Assembly (NCBI RefSeq): GCF_004010195.1
Contig: NC_057760.1
Span: forward strand, 3,559,440-3,623,439
Origin: Chiloscyllium plagiosum
Taxonomy: Eukaryota
Length of the DNA stretch: 64,000 nucleotides
Direction of reading: 5' to 3'
Shown: one piece after another, positions 1 to 13,129 of the stretch
Position numbering within the stretch: the stretch's first letter is position 1
Layout: every line of letters begins with the position of its first letter
Notes under the pieces: generated by a model
What the model was told of the DNA's origin: nothing
Database searches by the model: none
What the model saw: the letters and a program-made list of their open reading frames with translations, nothing else
Program-made: the position numbers and the translations under genes

Positions 1-530
1 TGGGTGGGATACTCTGAGGGCCAGTGTGGACTTGTTGCGCCAATTGGTCCGTTTCCACACTATAGGGATTCTATGAAAAGTTGAATTGCGACAGCTTTTC
101 CGAATTCAGATCCAGCTTGACTTCAATCCAATCTGAAGATCTTCCTATCTTGGTGATTTTCTTTATTGACAAGTAACCCGACGGATGTGAGGATTAATCA
201 AATTCTATCCTCTGACTAAAAGAGCTGCTTTTCCCTGTGTTTTTGTTTTATTTTGGCCTGATCTTTGCTGAGACTGTGGTCTTCCAGGTTGTGCAAGTGT
301 ATTGGTGTTAGAGATTACAGGGAACATTTCTAATTTCAATTACAGTTTAGATATTAGCTAACATTTAAGTTGTCTTAAGAAAAAGGTTTGTGTTATAACA
401 AACAGATTGAAGAAGCCTGATGAGTGTTTTTTGGCCATTTTGATGATTGAATCAAGTTATACTATTGGCACGATTTATGGAGTTGTGGGCTCGATTTCCA
501 GAATATTCCTCTTCTCAAAAATAAACAAAC

Positions 531-673
531 CTGAATTTCTTCTTTCAGAAGATAGGACAGTCCAACCTCCCCTGGTGGTTCACCATCCTCTTCCTCCTCT
601 TCTTCCTCATCATCAAGCTCTTCATCATAATATTCTTCAGCAGCACCAGCTTCGTCATCATCATCCTCACCCT
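531..673 (-). CDS. ANP32E: ANP32E coding exon 5, acidic tail and start of the H2A.Z-interacting domain (EGEDDDDEAGAAEEYYDEELDDEEEEEEDGEPPGEVGLSYLLKEEIQ)
   Basis: 143 nt completing the phase-1 codon of exon 4; acceptor TGTAG, donor GTTTGT. EVGLSYL(L/M)KEEIQ is diagnostic of ANP32E versus ANP32A/B. Remaining exons lie left of the window. Confidence 0.93.
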
Positions 674-734
674 CTACACAAGAAACATTGAGAAGTTTGT
701 ATATAAAGATACCATCCTGCGTTACTGAAGCACT

Positions 735-1835
735 AAAAAGTGCTTGATAAGGTTCCCCACAGTAGGCAATTGCAGAAAATTTGGAGGTATGGGATTGAAG
801 CTGATTTAGTGATTTGGATCAGAAATTGGCTAGCTGAAAGAAGACAGGGTGGTGGTCGATGGGAAATGTTCATGATGGAGTTCAGTCACTAGTGGTGTAC
901 CGCAAGGATCTGTTTTGGGGCCACTGCGGTTTGTCATTTTTATAAATGACCTGGATGAGGGCATAGAACATGGATTAGTAAATTTGCGGATGACACTAAA
1001 GTCAGTGGAGTTGGGGATAGTGACGAAGGATGTTGCAGATTAACAGGGACATAGATCAACTGCAGAGCTGGGCAGAAAGGTGGCAAATGGAGTTTAATGA
1101 GGCGATTCACTTTGGAAGGAGTAACAGGAATGCAGAGGACTGGGCCAATGGTACGATTGTTGGTTGTGTGGATGAGCAGAGAGATCTTGGTGTTCATGTG
1201 CACAGATCCCTGAAAGTTACTATCCAGGTTGATGGGTTGTAAAGGCGGCATATGGTTTGTTTGCTTTTATTAGATGGATTGAGTTTCAGAGCCATACGGT
1301 CATGTTGCAGCTGTACCAAAAACTCTGATGCATTGGAGTATTGTGTACAGTTCTGGTCACCACATTATAGGAAGGATGTGGAAGCTTTGGAAAGGGTGCA
1401 GAGGAGACTTACTAGGATGTAATTTGGTATGGAGGGAAGGTCTTGTAAGGAAAGACTGAGGGGATTTGAGAGTGTTTTCATTAGAGAGAAGAAGGTTCAG
1501 AGGTGAGTTAGAGACATACAAGATGATCAGAGGATTAGATCGGGTGGACAGTGAGAGCCTTTTTCTTTGGATGGTGATGGCGAGCACCAGGGGACATAGC
1601 TTTAAATTGAGGGGTGACATAGGACAGATGTTAGGGGTAGGTTCTTTACTCAGTGAGTAGTAAGGGCTTGGAAAGGCCTGACTGCAACAGTAGTACACTT
1701 GCCAACTTTAAGGGGCATTTAAATGGTCATTGGATAAATAGAAGGACGATAATGGAATAGTGTAGGTTAGATGGGCTTCAGATTGGTGCAACATAGAGGT
1801 CCGAAGGGCCTGTACTGTGCTGTTATGTTCTATGG
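735..1835 (+). mobile_element. CR1-clade LINE 3' fragment in ANP32E intron 4
   Basis: [15 protein letters not shown]-coding sequence, decayed; 3' end GAAGGGCCTGTACTGTGCTG..TGTTCTATG, same family as 22966-25334. Confidence 0.9.
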
Positions 1836-1874
1836 AATCTGCTAGTCCATCTCCTCGAGATTCTTCCCTACTCA

Positions 1875-2123
<249 letters not shown>

Positions 2124-2823
2124 TCACACAAAAACACCCTGTTACTGAACCCACCTAAAATGTCATTTAAAGTAGTAACTGTCAAAACAGGCAATTTGGA
2201 GTAGTTTAGAAACTAACACAGGAAGCTTTAAAATAATTAATAAATTAGGTTGGGGTTTGTCATTTAGTCAAATGTAGGATATCACAGAGTGTGAGGGGAA
2301 AACAAAGAATTCCATTTGCGAAGAGGAGTTAAAACTGATCTATTATTTCAACTCTGTGCACATGGGGTCAAGACACACGTAGGATGGTTTACATGAAAGA
2401 GGGACTAATGAGACACAAATGTGCAGCTTGGAAGGGGCATTCAGAAGTCCACTGATCATATTAATGAGATACACTAAGCTACACTGGGAAAAGTAATAAT
2501 GGGTTAACAGTAACACTGTTGCTACAGTGCATCTCCACCCTTAGTGGGTACACTTTTACATAGCCAAGCCTCCCTGCCACAAACAGAAAAATAACCCAAA
2601 TGCCTTCAAAGGGTTTGGTGTTTAACAGCAGTTCGAGAATCACTGGCTGCAACGTGAAGAGCCTCAAGGATACAATAAAAAAGGGACAAAATTTCTACAG
2701 AGCCTGCTAGAAAAAGAGAAGCAACAGACACTCTATAATTGACCTTCACTGAGAGGTTCCAGAAAGTCTATTCATGGATCAGCAAGTTACCTGAGTCAGT
2801 TGTTATTTCGACTGAATCATATA

Positions 2824-3650
2824 GGATGGGCCAATGGGCTGAGAAGTGGCAGATGGAGTTTAATTCAGATAAATGAGAGGTGCTACATTTTGGGAAAGCA
2901 AATCTTAGCAGGACTTATACACTTAATGGTAAGGTCCTAGGGAGTGTTGCTGAACAAAGAGACCTTGGAGTGCAGGTTCATAGCTCCTTGAATGTGGAGT
3001 CGCAGGAAGATAGGATAGTGAAGGTGGTGTTTGGTATGCTTTCTGTTATTGGTCAGAGTATTGAGTACAGGAGTTGGGAGGTCATGTTGCAGCTGTACAG
3101 GACATTGGTTAGGCCACTATTGGAATATTGCGTGCAATTCTGGTCTCCTTCCTATCGGAAAGATGTTGTGAAACTTGAAAGGGTTCAGAAAAGATTTAAG
3201 GATGTTGCCTGGGTTGGAACATTTGAGCTATAGGGAGAGGCTGAACAGGCTGGGGCTGTTTTCCCTGGATGATTGGAGGCTGAGGGGTGACCTTATAGAG
3301 GTTTACAAAATTATGAGGGGCATGGATAGGGTAAATAGGCAAAGTCTTTTCCCTGGGGTCGGGGAGTCCAGAACTAGAGGGCATTGGTTTAGGGTGAGAG
3401 GGGAAAGATATAGGAGAGACTTTTTCCACACAGAGGGTGGTATGGGAATGGAATGAGCTGCCAGAGGAAATGGGGGCTGGTACAATTGCAATATTTAAGA
3501 GGCACTTAGATGGGTATATGAATAGGAAGGGTTTGGAGGGATATGGGTTGGGTGCTGGCAGGCGGGACTAGATTAGGTTGGGATATCTGGTCGGCATGGA
3601 CGGGTTGGACCAAAGGGTCTATTTCCATGCTGTCCATCTCTATGACTCTA
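2824..3650 (+). mobile_element. HER1-like CR1 LINE 3' fragment in ANP32E intron 3
   Basis: Near-identical to 28358-29197; ends CTCTATGACTCTA. Confidence 0.92.
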
Positions 3651-3939
3651 TATAGGGGAAAACATTGTATATTTCAAAGATGCTGCAATAACAGATCCAA
3701 CAATGGCAAGGGATAAAGTCAGAATAAGCTGCCCAGTCCCTCTCCAGAAGGAAGTGGATCCTAACCTACAGTTCCCATCCCTGAGAATATCAGAGTTCCT
3801 GATAGAGACAAACAATATTCCTGATATTTTCAGACATCCTGAACTCGGGAGGTCAGACTGATTCATCTACAGTGAATCCTATAAAAATGCCTGGGAAAGC
3901 TCAAGCTGTAGTTGTGAGCGAGAGCAGTATTTCCACTCA

Positions 3940-4170
<231 letters not shown>

Positions 4171-4309
4171 CTACAGAATAAGATAGAGCCAGACAGATGT
4201 CTGTAAAGTCCATTCTCAACATATTCAGGAATCAGAATACAAACTAAGCAAAAGATCAGAGCATGAATGGTCCCTCATTTAAAAAAAAATGAAGACAGGT
4301 TTGCCGGGT

Positions 4310-4827
4310 CATAGAATCCCTACAGTGTGGAGGCAGGCCATTTGGCCCATTGAGCTCACACTGACCTACCCCCATCCTATCCCTTTAATCCTGTATTTCC
4401 ATGAGGAGAAAGTAAGGTCTGCAGATGCTGGAGATCAGAGCTGAAAATGTGTTGCTGGAAGAGCACAGCAGGTCAGGCAGCATCCAAGGAGCAGGAGAAT
4501 CGACGTTTCGGGCATGAGCCCTTCTTCAGGAATGAGGGAAGCCCTTCATTCCTGAAGAAGGGCTTATGCCCGAAACGTCAATTCTCCTGTTCCCTGGATG
4601 CTGCCTGACCTGCTGCGCTTTTCCAGCAACACATTTTCAGCTCCTGTATTTCCATGGCTAATCCACCTAACTTGCACATCTTTGGACTGTGGGAAGAAAC
4701 CGGAGTACCTGGAGGAAACCAGTGCTGACGTGGAGAGAATGTGCAAACTTCACGGAGACAGTGACCAGAGGGTGGAATCGAACTGGTGCTGTGAGGCAGC
4801 AGTGCTAAGTAGGCTACTGTGCTGCCC
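4310..4827 (-). mobile_element. HE1-like tRNA-derived V-SINE, interrupted by a PLE repeat
   Basis: Minus-strand head GGGCAGCACAGTAGC..., B-box GTTCGATTCC, V-domain GTTTGCACATTCTCTCC...CCGGTTTCTTCCCACAGTCCAAAGATGTGCA, and a LINE-like tail. Confidence 0.85.
4404..4641. mobile_element. Short palindromic PLE terminal-repeat insertion inside an HE1 SINE (ANP32E intron 2)
   Basis: Inverted arms of about 100 bp centred near 4540; TSD TCCTGTATTTCCATG at 4389-4403 and 4642-4656. Confidence 0.85.
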
Positions 4828-6010
4828 ACTATTTATACAGTAGCTCTCAAACAACAGGCTATAATGTATTTCATACAAATGTTCCAAAGTGCAAAGGTAA
4901 CTACAATTCAAAATAATGCATGAAACAGCAGTCAATACTCGAGATAAACAATGTTTTTTTGTAAAAGCAGTGTTGAATGAGGGTTAATTGTTGGCCAAGG
5001 TATCAGAGAGAATTCCCCTGCTTTTTTTTCCACAATGGGTTTCTGGGATCGTTTCAGCCATCTGAGCCCCTGAATGCTCTGTCAGTTTATCTTCTTACCT
5101 GCAAAAATGGCACTTCCAGCAGAGTAGTGCTCCCTCAATACAGCACTGCAGCATCAGCTTGGGCTTTTATCCTCAAGGGTCTTGAACCACAACTTCGTGA
5201 ATCAACAGACGAGTACTACCAAATACATATCACAGCTACCTGATTTAGGAGCAGCACTCCAAAAGCTAGTGCTCCAAATAAACCTGTAAGGCTGGAACCT
5301 GGTGTTGTGTGATTTTTAAAAACTTTGTCCATCCCAGTCCAATACCAGCACCTCCATATCATTGCTACCAAATATACAAATACTGCAAGGTGGTGTGACT
5401 TAGAGTAGCAGCTAAAGTCAGTAACTTACAAACAAATTCACCTGTGGCATGCCAGCTGCAGGATGCATCATCAGTAAGGTGCACTGCAGAAATTCACTAA
5501 GGCTCCTTAGACCCCATCCAACTTCCATACACTACCATCGGGGAGGAAGAGGAAAGCAGCGGACATATGCTAACACCACCATCTGCAAGCTACTATTTAA
5601 AACACTGACCATCTTGACTTGGAAATATATCACTCTTCCTTCAGTGTTACTGGTTCAAAATCTTGGAACCTTATAACAAAAGAACTGCAGTGGCTCAACA
5701 AAAGACACCTCACTACCATCTTCTCCAAGACATCTAAGCAAAGGTAACAAATGCTGGCCCAGTCATAGCCACAAGTGCTTTTTTTTAAAAAAAACAAAAT
5801 GTTATCAGCAGCTACCTAGGCCATGCACATCAGCTTCTTCGATAATGTGGATCTGTACCAACAGATCCTTTATACCTTCAGCTCTTAAAGTGAAAAAAAT
5901 CAGGTTTATGTTATAGGAAATATAAAAAAGTGACTTCATCCTTAGCTAGCAGTGTAAACAGTAGTTTTAAAAGAGTAAGTCATTTCTGTGATTTGATCCC
6001 ATTTATCTGG

Positions 6011-6207
6011 AAATGTGTTGCTGGAACAGCGCAGCAGGTCAGGCAGCATCCAAGGAGCAGGAGAATCGACATTTCGGGCATGAGCCCTTCTTTAGGCTCA
6101 TGCCCGAAACATCGATTCTCTTGCTCTTTGGATGCTGCCTGACCTGCTGCGCTTTTCCAGCAACACATTTTCAGCTCTGATCTCCAGCATCTGCAGTCCT
6201 CACTTTC
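6011..6207. mobile_element. Short palindromic PLE terminal-repeat insertion (ANP32E intron 2)
   Basis: Inverted arms centred near 6090; TSD TCCCATTTATCTGG at 5997-6010 and 6208-6221. Confidence 0.85.
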
Positions 6208-7156
6208 TCCCATTTATCTGGGGCAATTAAGTCACACTCTCATGAAGTGCCTTTCCCCACACTTATGATGTTGTCACTACACAGGAGTGTAGGGATATCA
6301 GCATACAGACACTTGCTGTACACAAATGGGGCCATTGTGGCTCTTGGGATAATCACTGTTAGAAAAAATGAGAGGTGATCTTACAAAAGCAACACAAGAT
6401 CTTGAGGGGATTTGATATTCTGGAGACTAAGGAACATACATTAAGAATAAACTAAGCTTGTTTAAAGAGTAAGAGGTCTCCCTTTTATGATGGAGGAGAT
6501 CTTTTTCCTCAGAATCCAGAGGCTTCCCCCCACAAAAAAAAGGGTTCTAGAGATGGGGTTTACAAGTTTATTCAAAAGGCAGAGTTAGACTTTTCATCGA
6601 CATGGAAGTTGAGGATTGTGAGATACATACAGGAAAGGGCAGTTGAGACCATACTAGGCAACTAAGATCTTATCAAATTGTGAAGGAGGGCCTGAATGGT
6701 CTCTGGACGTTCCTATGACCTAAACAGATCTCACAGTCTGGGAGCCAAGTGTCTTAGTGAGTACAAAGCTTAAAAATGTGTTGCTGGAAAAGCACAGCAG
6801 GTCAGACAGCATCCAAGGAGAAGGAGAGTCGACGTTTCAGGCATATGCCCTTCTTCGTGAGTACAGCCAGAGTTCTATAGTGTCAGCATCATTGTAGCGC
6901 GGAAATAGACTCTTCAGTCCAACCCATCCAAGCTGACCAAGTTTCCTAAACTTGCCAATGTTTGGAAATCTGCTGGAAATTCCACATTCAGGGACAGGGT
7001 GAGGTTCAGCTGCAATACTCTCCACTCCCACTAACTGACGAAGGAAAATCAGGGATGTCAAAATATTTAACAAGCTCTGCAGCAAGCCCTGTTCCCCTGA
7101 CCTTAGAAACAAATCCATTAATACAATTTTTACCTTCACCCCGTCCAAACAAACTA

Positions 7157-7363
<207 letters not shown>

Positions 7364-10300
7364 CTACTCATTGTCATTTGCATAATGAAACACTTCCCTG
7401 GTCCCACTAACTCAGCAAAAGCCCCAAGATGTTCACAAACACTCCTGATTGCAGCCACTATATAGCAGGGATAGCAGTGTAATGGCTGTTAGCCAGAGGA
7501 TGTGATGGTACATACACAGGATAACTTGTATATCTAGTGCTAACAGGTACCCTGAGCTTTTACAAACACAGAGCATGACAGTAAATTGGAAATACAATCT
7601 CCCTGAACTGGAAGATTGCATTCCTATGTTGCCTATATCATCTAGGCTGGTGGATCAATTGGACACAGTAAATGCAAGTGAATCACATAGACCTGCAAGG
7701 GACCTCCTACATGTCCAGAGTAGGATGTTCAAAATGTTCAGGACCTGCAAACCTAGGGAATCAGTCATTGAGGCCAGAGAATTTTTGGAGACCACCACAA
7801 GTCATGTGGAGAGCTTTAACTAAATACCTAGCCACAGATTAGCACAGTCAGGGACAGGAGAAGCTTCCAAATCCCGGTGTTGCAACCTTTGTTTCATCCT
7901 TCTCTCATTTCTCCAGTTGCCTTGTCTATTATCAAAATCAGCCACCAATACATTTTAGAACTTTCCTTCCCCAGACTTCACATCTGGTGAAACTTTTAGA
8001 CTAACCTCACTGTCCTCTTCCAGTCAGAGGGTCTTAAAACCCAACTTGGTACTGTATAATACAATTATTGTGTGGTTTTAATCTTAGCTATGTCTACAAT
8101 TCCTAACCATGGCAGTAACGCACTTTTGGATTTTTCAACGAAAAGTAATCCACAAGTAGAAAAAAGGTCCAAATGGGAAAAAAGGGGTGAAATTGAGGGG
8201 TTTGGTTTGCTATTATGCACAACTATTGATTTGGATCAATATCCGCCAATAAACCAACTGGATAAGGCCCAATATCCTTAATAACAAATGATTTGGAGGA
8301 GCCGGTGTTGGACTGGGGTGTACAAAGTTTAAAAAAAAAATCACAACACCAGGCTATAGTCCTGTTGAACTATAACTTGGTGTTGAGAGATTTTTAACTT
8401 AACAACAGAGATAGAAACAGACTCCTGCCTTTAGGGACTGATGGGCACCACTGGGACAGGGGTGCATAAATACCCTGAAAAATACTATTTTGACACTGTT
8501 GAATGCTTGATTTTATCTGATTAGAATGTTTAAAGTATCAGAAACTGGCTCCTTCGAAGTTAAACTAAACAAACATACTAACATATATTCAACATTTGTC
8601 ATTTCGTGGGTGTCCTTACAATTAGAACACAAGTTCAAGTTCTTCTATCATCCCTGAAGTCCCCATTCCATACTAAAAAATTATTTTGAAATCATTCAAT
8701 AAATCCATTACTTTGGTGACCCAGTTTAAGAAAAAAGGTTTACCATCTGTCAGTGAAAGGAAAATTGATTATAACTTAAAGTCTTATGAATACAGTGGGC
8801 AGAAAACAGGCCTCAGGACACAACATGTTAGAAGTAGTGAATGAAGCAAGTTCTAACCACAACCAGACTACTGTGCTTTGCTGAACTTATGAAATGCTTC
8901 CAAGCATTGTGGAACAAAAGTGACTTGACATTGATATAGCCACATCACCTCAAATCTCAGTACCCAGGTACTTACCTCCACAGACCAGGTCCAAGGACTA
9001 GTTAACATATGCATTCACAATTGAATATTTCCCACTGATGAGCAGGAACCAGAAAACAGCGATGCATGAACTCTCCCAGTACACTGGCCTTTCACACACT
9101 GATGTTTAACATTTTTTACAATGATTTTAGTAAAAGAGACACAGTCAGGATAACAGAAGAACACCAGGAAATTAAACAGGGTGTCCTCCTCTCAAAGTAT
9201 GGCAGGTAGGACTAGATTGGGTTGGGATATCTGGTCGGCATGGACAGGTTGGACCGAAGGGTGTTTTCATGCTGTACATCTCTATGACTATGTGTAGGTT
9301 GGGTGGATTGACCATGCTAAATTGCCCCAGTGTATAGGGGCATGTAGGGTAGGCAGTCTACCCATGGTAACAGCAGGGTTAAGGGATTGGTTGGGACGCT
9401 GTTCAGAGAGTCAGTGCAGACTTGATGGGCTAACAGCCACTTTCTGCACTGGAGGGATTCTCTGATTCTATGAGATGGCAAAAGGCATTCATAAATCACA
9501 TTCTGGATGTTTTTCATATGTGAAAGCTTTAAGTCCACATATCAATACATCAGCCCAATATTAAGCCACTACCAAACCACTTAAGAGCATTTGCCCACTT
9601 AAAAAGGAGGCTTAGTGCTGTGTCCAATTGCTACATATGGCGCCTGTCCCTGGTACTGCGCACTGCTGACCATTCTTCCTCAGCAGGGCTGGGCAGCAAG
9701 TGTCACTAAACTGTTCCATTACAGACGTCATCATAGCTCACAGCCCAAAACTCAGTTCAGTAAAATCAGCAGCAGTATCCTAATTAACTGTTTCCCTTAT
9801 ACGTGGGCCAACCTCAGCTGGGACAGTTTCAGCATTAGCTATCACCAGACCAGGGTTGAGCTCATTTCCAATCCATCTGGCTCACTGCCAAACCAGTTGA
9901 AGCATCAGTGGCATCCTCAGACTACCTACAGAATCTAGGTGACACTGCACACCAGTGAGCAGGAGAAACTCAGGCCAGAAAAGCCTTTGCCTCACAGTCA
10001 ACCAGTGACAACACCACAGCATGTTGCATTTGTACCCGAGTAGCCCATTTCCTCTCCGGTTAAAAGGGATTGACAAGTTTTTATCTCTATTATTTTGTGG
10101 GATGGGGTTACTGCTGGAAAGGTCAGCATTTGTGCAAATCCCTTATTACCTTTAACTTAATGGTAATTTCAGAGGGCAGTTAAAAGTCAACCAGAATCAG
10201 ATTTACAGCACAGAAAAAAAAACCTTTTGGCCCATCATGTCTGTACCAATCAATCAAAAATAACCACCTAACTATTCTAATCCCCTTTTCCAGCACTTAG

Positions 10301-10444
10301 TTCACAGCCTCATATGCCTTGGCATTGCAAGTACATAACAAAATACAGTTCAAATGTTTTTTAAAATTGTTATTGTTTCTGACTATTACCCTTACAAGTA
10401 GTGAGTTCCCAATTCTCAATACTCACTGGGTGATCGCAAAATGT

Positions 10445-10547
10445 AATTGCTGATGAAGGGCTTATGCCTGAAACGTCTATTCTCCTGCTCCTCGGATGCT
10501 ACCTGACCTACTGTGCTTTTCCAGCATTTGCAGTTCTCACTTTCTCC
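10445..10547 (+). mobile_element. Short PLE terminal-repeat insertion
   Basis: CTGATGAAGGGCTTATGCCTGAAACGTC...CACTTTCTCC; TSD TGAT(C/A)GCAAAATGT at 10431-10444 and 10548-10561. Confidence 0.8.
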
Positions 10548-10664
10548 TGATAGCAAAATGTTACTCACATTCCCTCTAAACCTCCTGCTCCAGAGACTAT
10601 GAATCTAGAGTTACATGTACACCAGACCAGGTAACAATGACAGATTACCTTTCCTAAAAGGGAC

Positions 10665-11193
10665 ATGCAGTTCTGGTCTCCTTCTTATTGAAAGGATGTT
10701 GTGAAACTTGAAAGGGTTCTGAAAAGATTTACTAGGATATGGCCAGGTTTGGAGGATTTGAGCTGTAGGGCGAGGCTGAATAGGCTAGGGCTGTTTTCCC
10801 TGGAATGTCAAAGGCTGAGGGGTGACCTTATAGAGGCTTATAAAATCATGAAGAGCGTGGATAGGGTAAATAGACAAGGTTTTTTCCTGGGATTAGGGGA
10901 GGCAAAGAGTCCATTACTAGAGGGCATAGGTTTAGGGTGAAAGGGGATAGATATAAAAGAGACCTATGGGGCAACTTTTTTCATGCAGAGAATGGTGTGT
11001 GTCTGGAATGAGCTGCCAGAGGAAGTGGTGGAGGGTAGTACAATTGCAACATTTAAAAGGCATCTGGATGGGTATATGAATCGGAAAGGTTGGGAGGTAT
11101 ATGAACTGGGTGCTGGCAGGTGGGATTAGATTGGGTTGGGATATCTGATCGGCATGGATGAGGGTCTGTTTCCGTGCTATACGTCTCTATGAC
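10665..11193 (+). mobile_element. HER1-like CR1 LINE 3' fragment
   Basis: KLERV.KRFTR..PGLE.LS...RLNRLGLFSLE..RLRGDLIE (ORF 10701..10940); tail TCTCTATGAC. Confidence 0.9.
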
Positions 11194-12907
11194 GTTAGTG
11201 AACCAGATGGGTTTTTGAATCACAATCTATGATACTGTTGCGGTCATGGTCACCATGACTGAGTCTAGCTTTTATTTCAGATTAATGGAGCAATTCAGAT
11301 CCAAGAAACAGGCAGAATGTTATAGCAACATGATTACACACTATTATGGAAATTACCCAGTGACAACTCACCAAGGATTTATACACTATGTGGTGCACCA
11401 TTAAACCAGAAAGACTGACAAGGCAATTTTTAAACTCACTCCAGGGTTTAGAAACTCATGGATCTAAAACAACTGCCCACGACAGATGGGAACAAGGTGC
11501 AATGGTTCTCGCTCAATACTAATGTCTTGTAAACTAATGCAAATACAAGGATAAGATGAAGTGCTGTTGTAACAGTCCCCAAAATCCAGAAGATTTATCA
11601 CCCATTATAGGTTTTACTTGTATAAAAAGGAAGACAAAAGCAAGATTAAAAGATCAAAGAGCAGCAGAGTGAGGAAAAAATAAGAGAACAGACAACAAGC
11701 AATTCAGTAAGTTTGTGATCTCTCATTTGTTGCACAGCTAAGTTTGCTTGCTATCAGATGCCTCTGATTCTGTGCCTTGTGTTGCAGAAAGCCATGATCA
11801 ACGTAGAGCATAATACTTTACAGGCCTCAACACACTGCCAAAAGTCACTTGAATCATTCACAGAGTGACCAGGGATATTATGGAATAGATAAGGAGCTAG
11901 TGCCAAATTACAGTTATGTTCTTATATGTAACATACAGGAATCAAAAGTTACATTCACCAAATAGGTGAACACTTACTGATTCATCACCCAGTTGCTTTG
12001 GGACCCCACTTTAATCCTCAGTTGCAAGAAAATACAACCATCATTAGGCTTGAACTCAGGTTTCTACCAGGTCTGCTGAGTTGCATCAGCAGTTTCCTTT
12101 TTTTTTGCAACCATCAAACTGATTCCTTTCTCTGCCCCTCCACCTGACTATTGCTCAACTCCAGTTCCACAGGAATAGTCACCAGGTCCCTACTCATCGG
12201 AGTCAATAAGCCATTCTACCAGGAAAGGTGTCACAGTCAAAATCAATCCCCTTTTCACCCAACAACAAAAAAAACACACACACACACACCAGATAGGAGT
12301 TCAAAAGTAAGAACTTTGACCATTTACTAAACAAACAAAACTCCCAAAAATACTGCGGATGCTGGAAATCAGAAACACACAAATTGCTGGAAAATAAACT
12401 CAGCAGTTCTGGCAGCATCTGTGGAGAGAAAGCAGAGTCAAAGTTACAGGTCCAGTGAGTCTGCTTCAGAACTTCTGAAATTACTGCAAAATGATGTGGT
12501 AGGAGGAATAAAATGGGGAGGGGGGGGGGGGGGGGGGTTGGAAGTCCACCCCAACACACACACACACACAGAGTTTTGTGGGTTTTTTTAAAACAAAAGT
12601 CTAAAGCATGACCACACGACAAAATAAAATAAAATGCAAACCCTCCCCCAACCCCAAAAGTGCAGGAAAAAGATAGAATTTCAGATCAAAATACGACACT
12701 GCAAAAAGTAAGAACTGGACAAATATAAATCTATTTTGAGGAAAGATTCAGTTGAGTTTTAAGGGAAATGACTGCAGCCCTGAAGGAAACCCAAGTGAGC
12801 AACCTGGACTTTTTCTTCTGCAAGGGTAAAAAAGAAGAGATCACAAACACAAGTGACATGTGCTGTTAAAACTCCCTCACTCCATTAATGTGCAATAAAC
12901 CCTTTAC

Positions 12908-12961
12908 CTCGCCTGGGCTCCTGTTCCTCAGCTCCAGTTTGATCCTTTTCTTCATCTCCAT
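12908..12961 (-). CDS. ANP32E: ANP32E coding exon 1 (MEMKKRIKLELRNRSPGE)
   Basis: ATG at 12961-12959, 54 nt, followed by donor GTAAAG. Peptide matches the ANP32 N-terminus (human ANP32E MEMKKKINLELRNRSPEE). Lies next to a CpG island. Confidence 0.95.
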
Positions 12962-13129
12962 TTTTCCCAGCCTTTTTTTTTTAAAAAAAAAAATTTGAAC
13001 AAGACGAAAATCTTCCCAAAGAAAGACAAATAAATAAGCAGCTTTTTTTTCCCCACTCACTCACACATATACACACAGACAGTCAAGAGACAGGGCTCAA
13101 GCCAAGGACAAACGGCCTTTATCTCCCCC

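Noticed and set aside
407..691. His/Pro-rich 94-aa ORF on the + strand
   Set aside because: Antisense shadow of the GAT/GAA-rich ANP32E exon 5.
4404..4641. Palindromic repeats as DNA-transposon MITEs or miRNA genes
   Set aside because: Arm ends and TSD lengths vary between copies, and the same sequence is the 3' terminus of a GIY-YIG-bearing element at 35584-36063, indicating PLE origin.
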